From a virus (lineage: Duplodnaviria > Heunggongvirae > Uroviricota > Caudoviricetes): a DNA stretch of 26,039 nucleotides. Made by a program: the position numbers and the translations under genes. The notes beneath the pieces were generated by a model that was not told the origin of the DNA, searched no databases, and saw only the letters and a program-made list of their open reading frames with translations. The DNA lies in IMG/VR virus record IMGVR_UViG_2690315742_000005, positions 1-26,039 of that record, one strand, 5' to 3'. This document shows positions 7,600-15,428 of this stretch, one piece after another. Every line of letters begins with the position of its first letter. The first letter of the stretch is position 1.

Positions 7600-8249
7600 G
7601 CCGCCATCTCCCTGACCAGTTTTTCCGCCTGCTGGCGAACCTGCGCCAGAAACGCCTCACCACATGCCTCAAGTTCATCACGCCCGATGTAGCTGATTGC
7701 CGGTCCCTTCCAGGTCTTGTCGAAAACAGCAATAGCACCAGCGAAGAAAGCGCCTGTCGGCACCTGCTTCTCGTCCTTCGGTATAAACCAGGCAGGCAGT
7801 TCAAAACCAATACGCCCGCGAATAAAAGCAATATGATCTGCATCTTCCGGCCACCACACTTCGCTGGTGGCCGCTTTGATCAGGAAAACATAGCGCCCGC
7901 CCTTATCACGCATGGCACTGGCATGTTTCATGATGTAACGCATGCCGGTGATGTATTGCCCCTCATGCTGACTGGCGCGGCTGTATGGGGGATTACCAAA
8001 GGCAGCACCTTTAAGCTCCGCAAGACGTTCTGACCAGTCATGCGCCAGCGCGTTATCTTCCGCCGTGTAATACGCGGCACATTTGGCGTTATCACCGTCA
8101 GTAAACAGATCCAGAACAAACGGGCCAAACAGGGTGTTAATTCCCCAGAAAATGTTGTCCGGCGTGCGCCACTGATCGCCCACTTCCTTCAGTTCATGGG
8201 CTGGTTTGTTCCGCAGTTCCACCAGCGCCTGGCAATATTTATTACTCAT
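7596..8249 (-). CDS. phage N6-adenine DNA methyltransferase (Dam-type)
   Basis: ORF 7596..8282; NPPY motif (FGNPPYS) typical of N6-adenine methyltransferases. Start placed at the internal ATG at 8249 (MSNKYC), which overlaps the upstream gene stop in TAATG; the upstream GTG/ATG at 8282 is an alternative. Confidence 0.8.
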   Translation of the reverse strand: MSNKYCQALVELRNKPAHELKEVGDQWRTPDNIFWGINTLFGPFVLDLFTDGDNAKCAAYYTAEDNALAHDWSERLAELKGAAFGNPPYSRASQHEGQYITGMRYIMKHASAMRDKGGRYVFLIKAATSEVWWPEDADHIAFIRGRIGFELPAWFIPKDEKQVPTGAFFAGAIAVFDKTWKGPAISYIGRDELEACGEAFLAQVRQQAEKLVREMAA

Positions 8250-8743
8250 TAAGCCCCCACGTAATTCCCTGACAGATACCACTCTTCACCCGATGCAGCG
8301 CGCTTGCTGCTTTTCCGTAAGCACCGCTCACGACGCGCCAGAAAATTGTTTCGTTCTGGCTGGGAGTGGCTTTCACGGAATGCCGCCATCCACACGGTTG
8401 CAGCACGACGGTATAAGCCCCTGGACTCCAGTTCTTCAGCCTGGCGGGTCAGGCACAAAATCACCCGTGGATCGTTAGTGCCGACATAGAAATTGCGCAC
8501 AGGTCTGGTTTCTCGAACTGGTTGTGGTTCCGGTTCCTGCGCTCTCTCAGTCAGGCGCGGGAAATGTCTGCGTGTATCTCCTTCACAACGGTGAGCCACA
8601 CGCCCACTCTGACGTAACTTGCTTGCTGACTGCAGAACGCGCTGCCGTGAGTAACCTGCAAAAGCATCCGCAATGTCTCCGGAAGTACACCCCGGATGGG
8701 CTTCAATGAATTTCTGAACTTCATTCAAAAGACTCATAATCAC
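8249..8743 (-). CDS. PerC-like transcriptional regulator domain protein
   Basis: 164-aa ORF; AEELESRGLYRRAATVWMAAF resembles the PerC-family motif (..GLWRRAA..W..), preceded by a possible winged-helix N-terminal region. Confidence 0.45.
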   Translation of the reverse strand: MIMSLLNEVQKFIEAHPGCTSGDIADAFAGYSRQRVLQSASKLRQSGRVAHRCEGDTRRHFPRLTERAQEPEPQPVRETRPVRNFYVGTNDPRVILCLTRQAEELESRGLYRRAATVWMAAFRESHSQPERNNFLARRERCLRKSSKRAASGEEWYLSGNYVGA

Positions 8744-9558
8744 CCCCTGAATCCTGCCGGGATCTGGCTGTAGTCCACGTTGTCGTAACTGGCTTTGAAG
8801 TACGGGTCCTCGCGTCTGGCTGCAGATACCGCAGGAACTTCCCAGGATTCTTCGAAATGACGATCCGGACCAAAGAACGTGACAGCCTGTTTCACAAATT
8901 GTGTGCCGCTGTTACCCATCGCAGATACCCAGCCCGCGTAGCGTTTCACACCTTCCAGCATGGTTTCGGGGTTTACTCCCTCATTCAAACGGGCTTTCCA
9001 GGCTTTGAAGGCTGCAGATTTTGAATTGCCACCAGCACGTTTGGGATATACCAGCCATGCCTGCTCAAACTCCGGAGAGTATTCCGGTCGGTTTGAACGA
9101 ACTCGCACGGACTCATCAACTGATGCACCAACAGCTATTGGTTCATTGACTGGTTCTTTGACAGGTTCAAAAGAGTGACTGGTTCTGGGTGAATCTCCTG
9201 CACTACCCCCTGGTGCAACTCCTGCACTACCTGGTGAATTTGCTGCACCAGATAGTGAATTATTTGCACTACCCCCTAGTGAATCTCCTGCACCATCCAG
9301 ATGAAGGAGATAGATATTACTTGAGTTACCTTTTTCACCTTTCCGGGTGACTTTTTTTACCAGCCCGGACTCACAAAGGGCCGCAATATGATTCATCACA
9401 GAACGTTTGCTAATCTCGCACTGGTCAGCAATATGCTGGTAGCTGGGCCAGCACTCACCCTGATCGCTGGCATTATCAGCCAGCTTGATCAGAACCAGTT
9501 TTCGCAATGGATTACCCACTCGAATTTTCATCGCTTTAACCATCAGCTCCATACTCAT
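8740..9558 (-). CDS. replication initiation protein (O-like) with internal iterons
   Basis: 272-aa ORF; N-terminal winged-helix-like region (LRKLVLIKLADNASDQGECWPSYQHIADQCEISKRSVMNHIAALCESGLVKK); central Gly/Ser-rich linker encoded by direct DNA repeats at 9188..9298, as in lambda O where ori lies inside the gene. Confidence 0.55.
   Translation of the reverse strand: MSMELMVKAMKIRVGNPLRKLVLIKLADNASDQGECWPSYQHIADQCEISKRSVMNHIAALCESGLVKKVTRKGEKGNSSNIYLLHLDGAGDSLGGSANNSLSGAANSPGSAGVAPGGSAGDSPRTSHSFEPVKEPVNEPIAVGASVDESVRVRSNRPEYSPEFEQAWLVYPKRAGGNSKSAAFKAWKARLNEGVNPETMLEGVKRYAGWVSAMGNSGTQFVKQAVTFFGPDRHFEESWEVPAVSAARREDPYFKASYDNVDYSQIPAGFRG
9188..9298. repeat. iteron-like direct repeats (candidate origin of replication) inside the initiator gene
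   Basis: Five tandem 21-24-bp units with consensus about GGTGAATCTCCTGCACTACCCCCT (9188-9211, 9212-9232, 9233-9254, 9255-9277, 9278-9298), read directly from the sequence. Confidence 0.6.
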
Positions 9559-9791
9559 GCTGCACCTCCGAGATGCTTCATGTTTTTTCCGGAGCGAAAG
9601 GCTATAAGCGGCATACTGACGCGGTAATTACGGCCCAGCGGTTCACAAACCACCTTCTGACATTCACGGTCAACCAGGCTAACACGTAGAACATGCCCTG
9701 CAGGCGTGGTGTACCACTGCCCAACTGTAGGAATTGATGTTTTTTTACGCTGAAGCAAACGGCAAATATTGAGGAACAACGGATTAAGCAT
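9555..9791 (-). CDS. hypothetical small protein (early operon)
   Basis: 78-aa ORF translationally coupled (4-bp overlaps) to both flanking genes; no recognisable motif. Confidence 0.4.
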   Translation of the reverse strand: MLNPLFLNICRLLQRKKTSIPTVGQWYTTPAGHVLRVSLVDRECQKVVCEPLGRNYRVSMPLIAFRSGKNMKHLGGAA

Positions 9792-10620
9792 GACGATGCC
9801 CTCCGCTGATATTCAGGAGACGGTGAATATGAAAATTAGCCTTATCCGCCAAACGAATACGTTCAGCCTGCAAGTTAAGAAGCGTTTCTACCAGAACCTG
9901 ATGCGCCTGCGGATCCGAAAGAGTTACCTTGCGCAGAGCACGTAGTGCAGTTGTTACATAACTGAGTTTATGTAAGTCTTCATCATTCAGACGAGTGAGG
10001 GCTGGGACAGTAGCCATGATGGCAGCCTCCTTGATCGGTGAAATACTTCCACCACCGGAAACGCCAATTTCGCTGGTGGTGAACTGAACGGGGTTGGCGT
10101 AACCGGTGATCAAGGAAACCGGCGCATCTTTCGATGCCCCCGCCCAGCCCACCATAACTTTGATGTGAGCAAATGCGGACGATAAAAAAGACGCTGGCGC
10201 GTCATATATCGCCTTGATCAGTTCCAGGACGCCAATCCCGGCACCCGCTTTATAAGGTGCCTGAACAGTGTAACGTCCCGGAATGGCAGAATCAATGTGC
10301 TGGTGGTCCTTCACACTCAACAAAATCACGCCTGAATTTCCACAAAGGACTAAAGCACTCATGCGGGTAGTCTTTGCGAAGATAGATAACGCGCTGTGTT
10401 TCTGGCTCCCAACGAATAACATGGACATAAAGCCCTCTTCCGTCACGAAACCAGCGGTTAAGTTCCTGCACAACTCGCCCCCCACAGTCAGGTAAAGTTC
10501 TCTGTGGTTACTTACAGCCAGGTGATTTGGTAATCTGCATTCATGCCGTAACAACAGGTGTTCAGCGACGCTGACCACCAGCTGTTGCGACAAACGGTTA
10601 TTTGCCGTTAAACTGTTCAT
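9784..10620 (-). CDS. hypothetical protein (early operon, unknown function)
   Basis: 278-aa ORF in operon context between the cII-position gene and the replication gene; Gly-rich stretches (GWAGASKD, GVSGGGS) but no confident family assignment. Confidence 0.5.
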   Translation of the reverse strand: MNSLTANNRLSQQLVVSVAEHLLLRHECRLPNHLAVSNHRELYLTVGGELCRNLTAGFVTEEGFMSMLFVGSQKHSALSIFAKTTRMSALVLCGNSGVILLSVKDHQHIDSAIPGRYTVQAPYKAGAGIGVLELIKAIYDAPASFLSSAFAHIKVMVGWAGASKDAPVSLITGYANPVQFTTSEIGVSGGGSISPIKEAAIMATVPALTRLNDEDLHKLSYVTTALRALRKVTLSDPQAHQVLVETLLNLQAERIRLADKANFHIHRLLNISGGHRHA

Positions 10621-11180
10621 GCGTTAGTTTCTCCACAGACACAAAACGCCACGACGCCCGGAGCTGCACACTCGCGGGCGTCACTCTTTTCTGGAGCGCA
10701 AAAGATTTTGTAGACCAGTGCTGCATGCTCCTGGAGCTTCGAAATTGACAGATACAACTCATCATTAATTGCTGTCTGCTCGTGTGGCTCCACTACCCCA
10801 TCTTCAATTGCCGAACGAATCTGCTTTGAGTAACTCCCGATCTGTTCGATGACTTCCAGCAGGCGCTGGTTTATATCGGCGTTCTCTACTTCCTCAATTT
10901 CAGGAAGCGATACAAACACCCCACCAGCAGACTGTGCGACAGCATCCGCAATGTAGTGAGTGCCAGCCGCGCGCTGTAAAATCATTGCCCATCCCAGCGG
11001 GAAAATCTGATCGCCATCTGCACGAAGGCGGTTGAATAAAGCGTTCTCTGTTACATCCAGCCACTCAGCAGCTTCAGCGTAACCCCCCGGCAACGCCGCG
11101 ATCGTTTTTCTGACAGCTTTCACGTACCACTCAGGCTGTTTTTCTACTTTCCAGTGATGCTTACCCACGGTTAGCCTCAT
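10617..11180 (-). CDS. hypothetical protein in the cII/YdaT position
   Basis: 187-aa ORF immediately downstream of the cro-like gene; functional call is by position only. Confidence 0.4.
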   Translation of the reverse strand: MRLTVGKHHWKVEKQPEWYVKAVRKTIAALPGGYAEAAEWLDVTENALFNRLRADGDQIFPLGWAMILQRAAGTHYIADAVAQSAGGVFVSLPEIEEVENADINQRLLEVIEQIGSYSKQIRSAIEDGVVEPHEQTAINDELYLSISKLQEHAALVYKIFCAPEKSDARECAAPGVVAFCVCGETNA

Positions 11181-11211
11181 CGTTCTGTGGTTAAAAATTG
11201 AAGGTGTTCTG

Positions 11212-11412
11212 TTAATCTTTCGGATAGATATCCGGTCTTAAGTCAGATTTCGTAATTGCACCTGACGTGCATTGCTCAAGTTTTTTAGCCAGCACAAAAC
11301 TGGCTTTTTTATAACCATTGAAAACCAGCCGTAAGTAGCCAGGTGTTGAGCCAACTTTTCCGGCCAACTCGCCCTGCTGTTCTTTGGTTAAAGAGTCCCA
11401 ATACGCTTTCAT
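11212..11412 (-). CDS. Cro-like (YdaS-like) HTH regulator
   Basis: ORF 11212..11517 has an internal ATG at 11412 (MKAYWDSLTKEQQGELAGKVGSTPGYL...) preceded by a GGAGGT RBS 9 nt upstream; small HTH-like protein divergent from the cI-like gene. Confidence 0.6.
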   Translation of the reverse strand: MKAYWDSLTKEQQGELAGKVGSTPGYLRLVFNGYKKASFVLAKKLEQCTSGAITKSDLRPDIYPKD

Positions 11413-11502
11413 ACAATATGTACCTCCGGTATACATATTACATGATTGAAATGAACCTTCAAGATACTTGTACCTTATCGGTACAAAGGTTTTAATTTCG
11501 TT
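11413..11502. promoter_or_regulatory. divergent cro/cI control region with operator-like dyads
   Basis: 90-bp intergenic region containing ACTTGTACC-ttatc-GGTACAAAG (11467..11488) and ATATGTA-N9-TACATAT (11416..11438), both sharing a TGTACC/GGTA(C/T)A core. Confidence 0.45.
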
Positions 11503-12177
11503 ATGAAAACAATCCATGACATCCGGCGGTCTAACGCCAGAAAACTGAGAGATGGTGTTGGCGGAAATTCATCCTTTGCCACCATGATTGATCGCGAGCC
11601 AACCCAAACCAGCAGGTTTATGGGGGATGGCGCTACTAAAAATATCGGTGACAGCATGGCACGGCACATCGAAAAATGTTTCGACCTGCCTGTCGGATGG
11701 CTTGATCAAGAACACCAGACAACGAACATCACAAAAAAACCTGATGTTTCAATCACTAACAAACAAATAACGTTAGTCCCTGTCATATCATGGGTACAGG
11801 CCGGAGCATGGAAAGAAGTTGGCTATTCTGAGGTTGATTTGAGCACAGCAGAAACTTATCCCTGCCCTGTACCCTGTGGCGAAATGACTTATATCTTGCG
11901 GGTGATTGGTGATTCAATGATTGATGAGTACCGCCCTGGAGACATGATTTTTGTTGATCCCGAAGTCCCTGCCTGCCACGGTGACGACGTTATTGCATTG
12001 ATGCACGATACAGGCGAAACTACCTTCAAGCGATTGATAGAAGATGGAACACAGCGTTATCTCAAAGCATTAAACCCAAACTGGCCTGAGCCTTACATTA
12101 AGATTAACGGTAATTGCTCTATAATTGGTACAGTGATTTTCTCGGGAAAACCAAGAAGATACACAATAAAGGCCTAA
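11503..12177 (+). CDS. CI-like prophage repressor (HTH plus S24 LexA-like peptidase domain)
   Basis: 224-aa ORF; C-terminal region VISWVQAGAW...VIGDSMIDEYRPGDMIFVD...FKRL carries the Ala-Gly cleavage site and Ser/Lys dyad pattern of S24 peptidases; divergent from the cro-like gene. Confidence 0.85.
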   Translation: MKTIHDIRRSNARKLRDGVGGNSSFATMIDREPTQTSRFMGDGATKNIGDSMARHIEKCFDLPVGWLDQEHQTTNITKKPDVSITNKQITLVPVISWVQAGAWKEVGYSEVDLSTAETYPCPVPCGEMTYILRVIGDSMIDEYRPGDMIFVDPEVPACHGDDVIALMHDTGETTFKRLIEDGTQRYLKALNPNWPEPYIKINGNCSIIGTVIFSGKPRRYTIKA

Positions 12178-12195
12178 TCAATATTTATGAACCTG

Positions 12196-12222
12196 CTTCG
12201 GCAGGTTTTTTTATACTTGACA
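12196..12222 (+). terminator. rho-independent terminator after the repressor gene
   Basis: Hairpin AACCTGC-TTCG-GCAGGTT followed by TTTTTTTAT, 19 bp after the cI-like stop. Confidence 0.65.
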
Positions 12223-12921
12223 ATGTACCCATGAGATACATAATGTATCCAAAAGAAACATGAGGCAGGCAAGATTCAAACAAAATTTGGTTGTAACACG
12301 GCGTATGGCACATGCGTCGTTAGCGGTCTGGGGACGTTAAAGGGGACAATCCACTCCTTGCTCGGGCAAACAAACCAGGTAGCCGGAATGTGCAAGTCAA
12401 TGATGATGCTGATAAGACGCCTAACCAGCGTGGCGATCCGGTTTGACGCCTGGGAAGAGACCAGGGTGCAACGATGAGGGCATTTATGGAGCCGCGACAA
12501 AGTGTGGTGCCGTAACTGGCTAAGTGCTCTCAGCGTTGTGGTCATCCGCGAAATGGCGCGGCGGTAAGTATGGCTGGGTTACTCTTTCCCCGTTGAGGAC
12601 ACCGGATTGTCAGGTTGACCATACGCCTGAGTGACAACCCCACCACAACAGCCACTGCTTTGGCGGTACCAGTTTGTACACTTGCTTCCGGCTGGTACCG
12701 CTCTTTTTACAAAACAGAGAAGAGCATCACCGGACGACGGGCTCATAACCCAATCCATCCGGGCGGCGGTCACCGCAGGTGTTCTTCTCTGTTTTGTGGA
12801 GAAACTAACCGCCCCTGCGGGGGCATCTATTGAAACGTAATTGCTTAATAATCGCCGGATGGCGAGGGCTTCCTTTTCCCAAAATTCAGCGCAGTGCAGC
12901 GCATATAAAGTGGAGAACGAA

Positions 12922-13458
12922 ATGTCATTTATTAAAACTTTTTCCGGGAAGCATTTTTATTATGACAAGATAAATAAAGACGACATCGTTATTAACGATA
13001 TCGCGGTTTCCCTTTCAAATATCTGTCGCTTTGCTGGTCATCTTTCACACTTCTACAGCGTCGCCCAACATGCGGTGCTTTGCAGCCAGCTGGTACCGCA
13101 GGAATTTGCTTTTGAAGCGTTAATGCATGATGCAACAGAAGCGTATTGCCAGGACATCCCGGCTCCACTGAAACGCCTTCTTCCTGACTATAAACGGATG
13201 GAAGAAAAAATAGACGCCGTAATCCGTGAGAAATACGGGTTACCCCCGGTTATGAGTACACCCGTGAAATATGCCGATCTCATCATGCTGGCAACCGAAC
13301 GCCGCGATCTCGGGCTTGATGATGGCTCTTTCTGGCCTGTGCTGGAAGGTATCCCGGCAACAGAGATGTTCAACGTGATTCCACTGGCTCCAGGCCATGC
13401 CTACGGGATGTTTATGGAACGCTTTAACGAATTATCGGAGTTACGCAAATGCGCATGA
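12922..13458 (+). CDS. HD-domain phosphohydrolase (YfbR-like 5'-deoxynucleotidase-like)
   Basis: ORF 12841..13458; start placed at ATG 12922 (GGAGAA RBS 6 nt upstream). The H..(H) ... HD pattern (AQHAVL ... LMHDATEAY ... PAPLK) parallels YfbR (EHSLQVAMVAH ... MYHDASEVLTGDLPTPVK) as I recall it. Confidence 0.65.
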   Translation: MSFIKTFSGKHFYYDKINKDDIVINDIAVSLSNICRFAGHLSHFYSVAQHAVLCSQLVPQEFAFEALMHDATEAYCQDIPAPLKRLLPDYKRMEEKIDAVIREKYGLPPVMSTPVKYADLIMLATERRDLGLDDGSFWPVLEGIPATEMFNVIPLAPGHAYGMFMERFNELSELRKCA

Positions 13459-13811
13459 ATGTTTTCGAAATGGAAGGGTTTCTTCGCGGGAAATGTGTAC
13501 CGCGAGATCTGAAAGTGAATGAAACAGATGCTGAATACCTGGTACGTAAATTCGATGCGCTTGAAGCTAAATGTGCAGCACTGGAAAACAAAGTAATACC
13601 AGTGTCAGCTGAACTGCCGCCAGCAAATGAAAGTGTTCTGTTATTTGATGCTAATGGAGAAGGCTGGCTGATTGGCTGGCGTTCTCTCTGGTACACCTGG
13701 GGACAAAAAGAAACCGGAGAATGGCAGTGGACATTTCAGGTCTGGGACCTTGAAAACGTCAATATCACTCACTGGGCAGTAATGCCGAAAGCACCAGAGA
13801 CTAAGAAATGA
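13449..13811 (+). CDS. DUF551-like phage protein
   Basis: 120-aa ORF; Trp-rich C-terminal segment (GWLIGWRSLWYTWGQ...EWQWTF...HWAVMP) is reminiscent of DUF551. Confidence 0.45.
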   Translation: MRMNVFEMEGFLRGKCVPRDLKVNETDAEYLVRKFDALEAKCAALENKVIPVSAELPPANESVLLFDANGEGWLIGWRSLWYTWGQKETGEWQWTFQVWDLENVNITHWAVMPKAPETKK

Positions 13812-14023
13812 GCGTAATAAAAACTCATACAGGAATTGTTATCACTCGAGACGGTGAAAAGCGGATGAAATTACATTCGACTGAAACGTCCTGGGTTGCC
13901 GGACGTTGTGAATCCTACGACAAAAAGACTGGTTACCGTTGGGGGGCGCCAAACATGCGCCGCCGTCTGCTCCTGGACAGCATCAGGCCAATTAAACAGG
14001 TAGCAACCAGAGAACAAAATTAA
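13808..14023 (+). CDS. hypothetical small protein
   Basis: 71-aa ORF, ATGA-coupled to the upstream gene; no motif recognised. Confidence 0.4.
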   Translation: MSVIKTHTGIVITRDGEKRMKLHSTETSWVAGRCESYDKKTGYRWGAPNMRRRLLLDSIRPIKQVATREQN

Positions 14024-14082
14024 TTATCAGGACTGGAATTTGATATTACTGCCCGTGTGCAGCGGGCTAAGTGGAGAAACAT

Positions 14083-14289
14083 ATGCTGAACCTCGATTGT
14101 GTTCCTATCTCAACTTATTGCAAAGAAACTGGCGAAACTCCTGAAGCAATAAACAAACGTGTACAGCGCGGTGTTTGGCGTGAAGGTGTTCAGGTTTTAA
14201 AGGTTGAAGGCGTTAAGGAGAGGTGGATTGATCTTAGTGAGGTTGCAAAATGGGCCAGACAAAACTGCTCAAACTACCGCGCGGCGTAA
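14083..14289 (+). CDS. excisionase (Xis-like)
   Basis: ORF 14071..14289; likely start ATG 14083 (GGAGAA RBS upstream). Small basic protein with winged-helix-like KRVQRGVWREGV segment, immediately upstream of and overlapping the integrase gene. Confidence 0.6.
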   Translation: MLNLDCVPISTYCKETGETPEAINKRVQRGVWREGVQVLKVEGVKERWIDLSEVAKWARQNCSNYRAA

Positions 14290-15416
14290 CAATCAGGAAA
14301 CACCGCCAGGGAGAAACGATCAATATAACTTTCACCTACAAAGGAGTTAGATGTCGTGAGCCGCTTTCCAATCTAGAAGTAACACCAAAGAACATTAAAT
14401 ACGCCGAGCGTACACTCGGCGAAATCCATAATAAGATCGAAAGGGGAACATTCATTTATGCAGAATATTTTCCCCGTTCTGCTCGTTTGAAAATTTTTGG
14501 TAATGCTGCTGCAGGCAAAACGGTAAAGATGTACCTGGACGAATATCTTGAAATCTGCGAAACAAGAAAACTTTCACCCTCTACGATTGGTGGCTATAAA
14601 AAATGCCGTAGTGCGTTAGCCTCACTTCACATTTGCCCTGCAAGTGAATTAACACCAGCAACCCTGAAAGCGTGGATTCAAAGCCAGAAAACAACCTTAA
14701 AAACCATTCGCAACCAGTTATCTTTCCTGCGGTCAGCACTTGATGAAGCCGTGACCGATGGGGTACTTCAAATTAACCCCGTATCGTTAGTAACAGCTTC
14801 GCGCTACCAAAGTGATAAGTCAGAAGCAGAAAGCAGCTATGTGGTTGATCCGCTATCACCAGCAGAAGTTGATGCATTATTAGCAGCAGCCGGAAACAAA
14901 CAATGGGAAAATCTGTTCCGGTTCGCCATACATACAGGCCTGCGTAGTTCTGAATTATGTGCCCTTCGATGGCGTGATATCGACTTTGTTGGAAAAACTG
15001 CCCATGTCCAGAGCGCAAGTGTTGTCGGTGTTATCAAAGGGACAAAGACAAAAGCAGGTACTCGTAAAGTTGAACTGACAGAAGAGGCAATGTTGGCGCT
15101 GATAAATCAGAAGCCATTTACATTCATGAAGGATGCTACTGTCTTTGAAGACCCAAAGACCAATAAGCCTTGGGCAAGTGCTGATGCAATAAGGAAAAAA
15201 GCATGGGTGCCAACATTACGAAAAGCAGGTATTCGTTACAGAAACCCATATCAAACCAGGCATACATTCGCCACCCGCCATATCAGCCGGGGAGCGAACC
15301 TGTTTTGGCTTGCAGCTCAAATGGGGCATAAAGGGCCTGAGATGCTTTTCAGGCACTATGGTCGATATCTCAAAGAATACGACGGAAAAAGCTCCATCAA
15401 ATACATTATACAATGA
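14250..15416 (+). CDS. tyrosine integrase (lambda Int family)
   Basis: 388-aa ORF; N-terminal arm-binding-like domain; C-terminal catalytic region with conserved R (TGLRSSELCALRW), HTFATRHISRGANL and GHKGPEMLFRHYGRYL (H-x-x-R ... Y). Confidence 0.9.
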   Translation: MGQTKLLKLPRGVTIRKHRQGETINITFTYKGVRCREPLSNLEVTPKNIKYAERTLGEIHNKIERGTFIYAEYFPRSARLKIFGNAAAGKTVKMYLDEYLEICETRKLSPSTIGGYKKCRSALASLHICPASELTPATLKAWIQSQKTTLKTIRNQLSFLRSALDEAVTDGVLQINPVSLVTASRYQSDKSEAESSYVVDPLSPAEVDALLAAAGNKQWENLFRFAIHTGLRSSELCALRWRDIDFVGKTAHVQSASVVGVIKGTKTKAGTRKVELTEEAMLALINQKPFTFMKDATVFEDPKTNKPWASADAIRKKAWVPTLRKAGIRYRNPYQTRHTFATRHISRGANLFWLAAQMGHKGPEMLFRHYGRYLKEYDGKSSIKYIIQ

Positions 15417-15428
15417 TTATGGCGGCAT

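Noticed and set aside
7331-8033. ORFs 7331..7843 (-) and 7452..8033 (+) overlapping the LexA-like and methyltransferase genes
   Set aside because: Overlap confidently assigned genes in alternative frames; Arg/Ser-rich products with no motifs.
9188-9298. Tandem direct repeats considered as a possible CRISPR array
   Set aside because: Repeats are contiguous with no spacers, lie inside an open reading frame encoding a Gly/Ser linker, and no cas genes are nearby; iterons fit better.
12440-12660. Cobalamin riboswitch suggested by GCCACTG and GGGAAG motifs
   Set aside because: The motifs occur in the wrong order and spacing relative to the B12-element consensus as I recall it; no other conserved riboswitch elements recognised.
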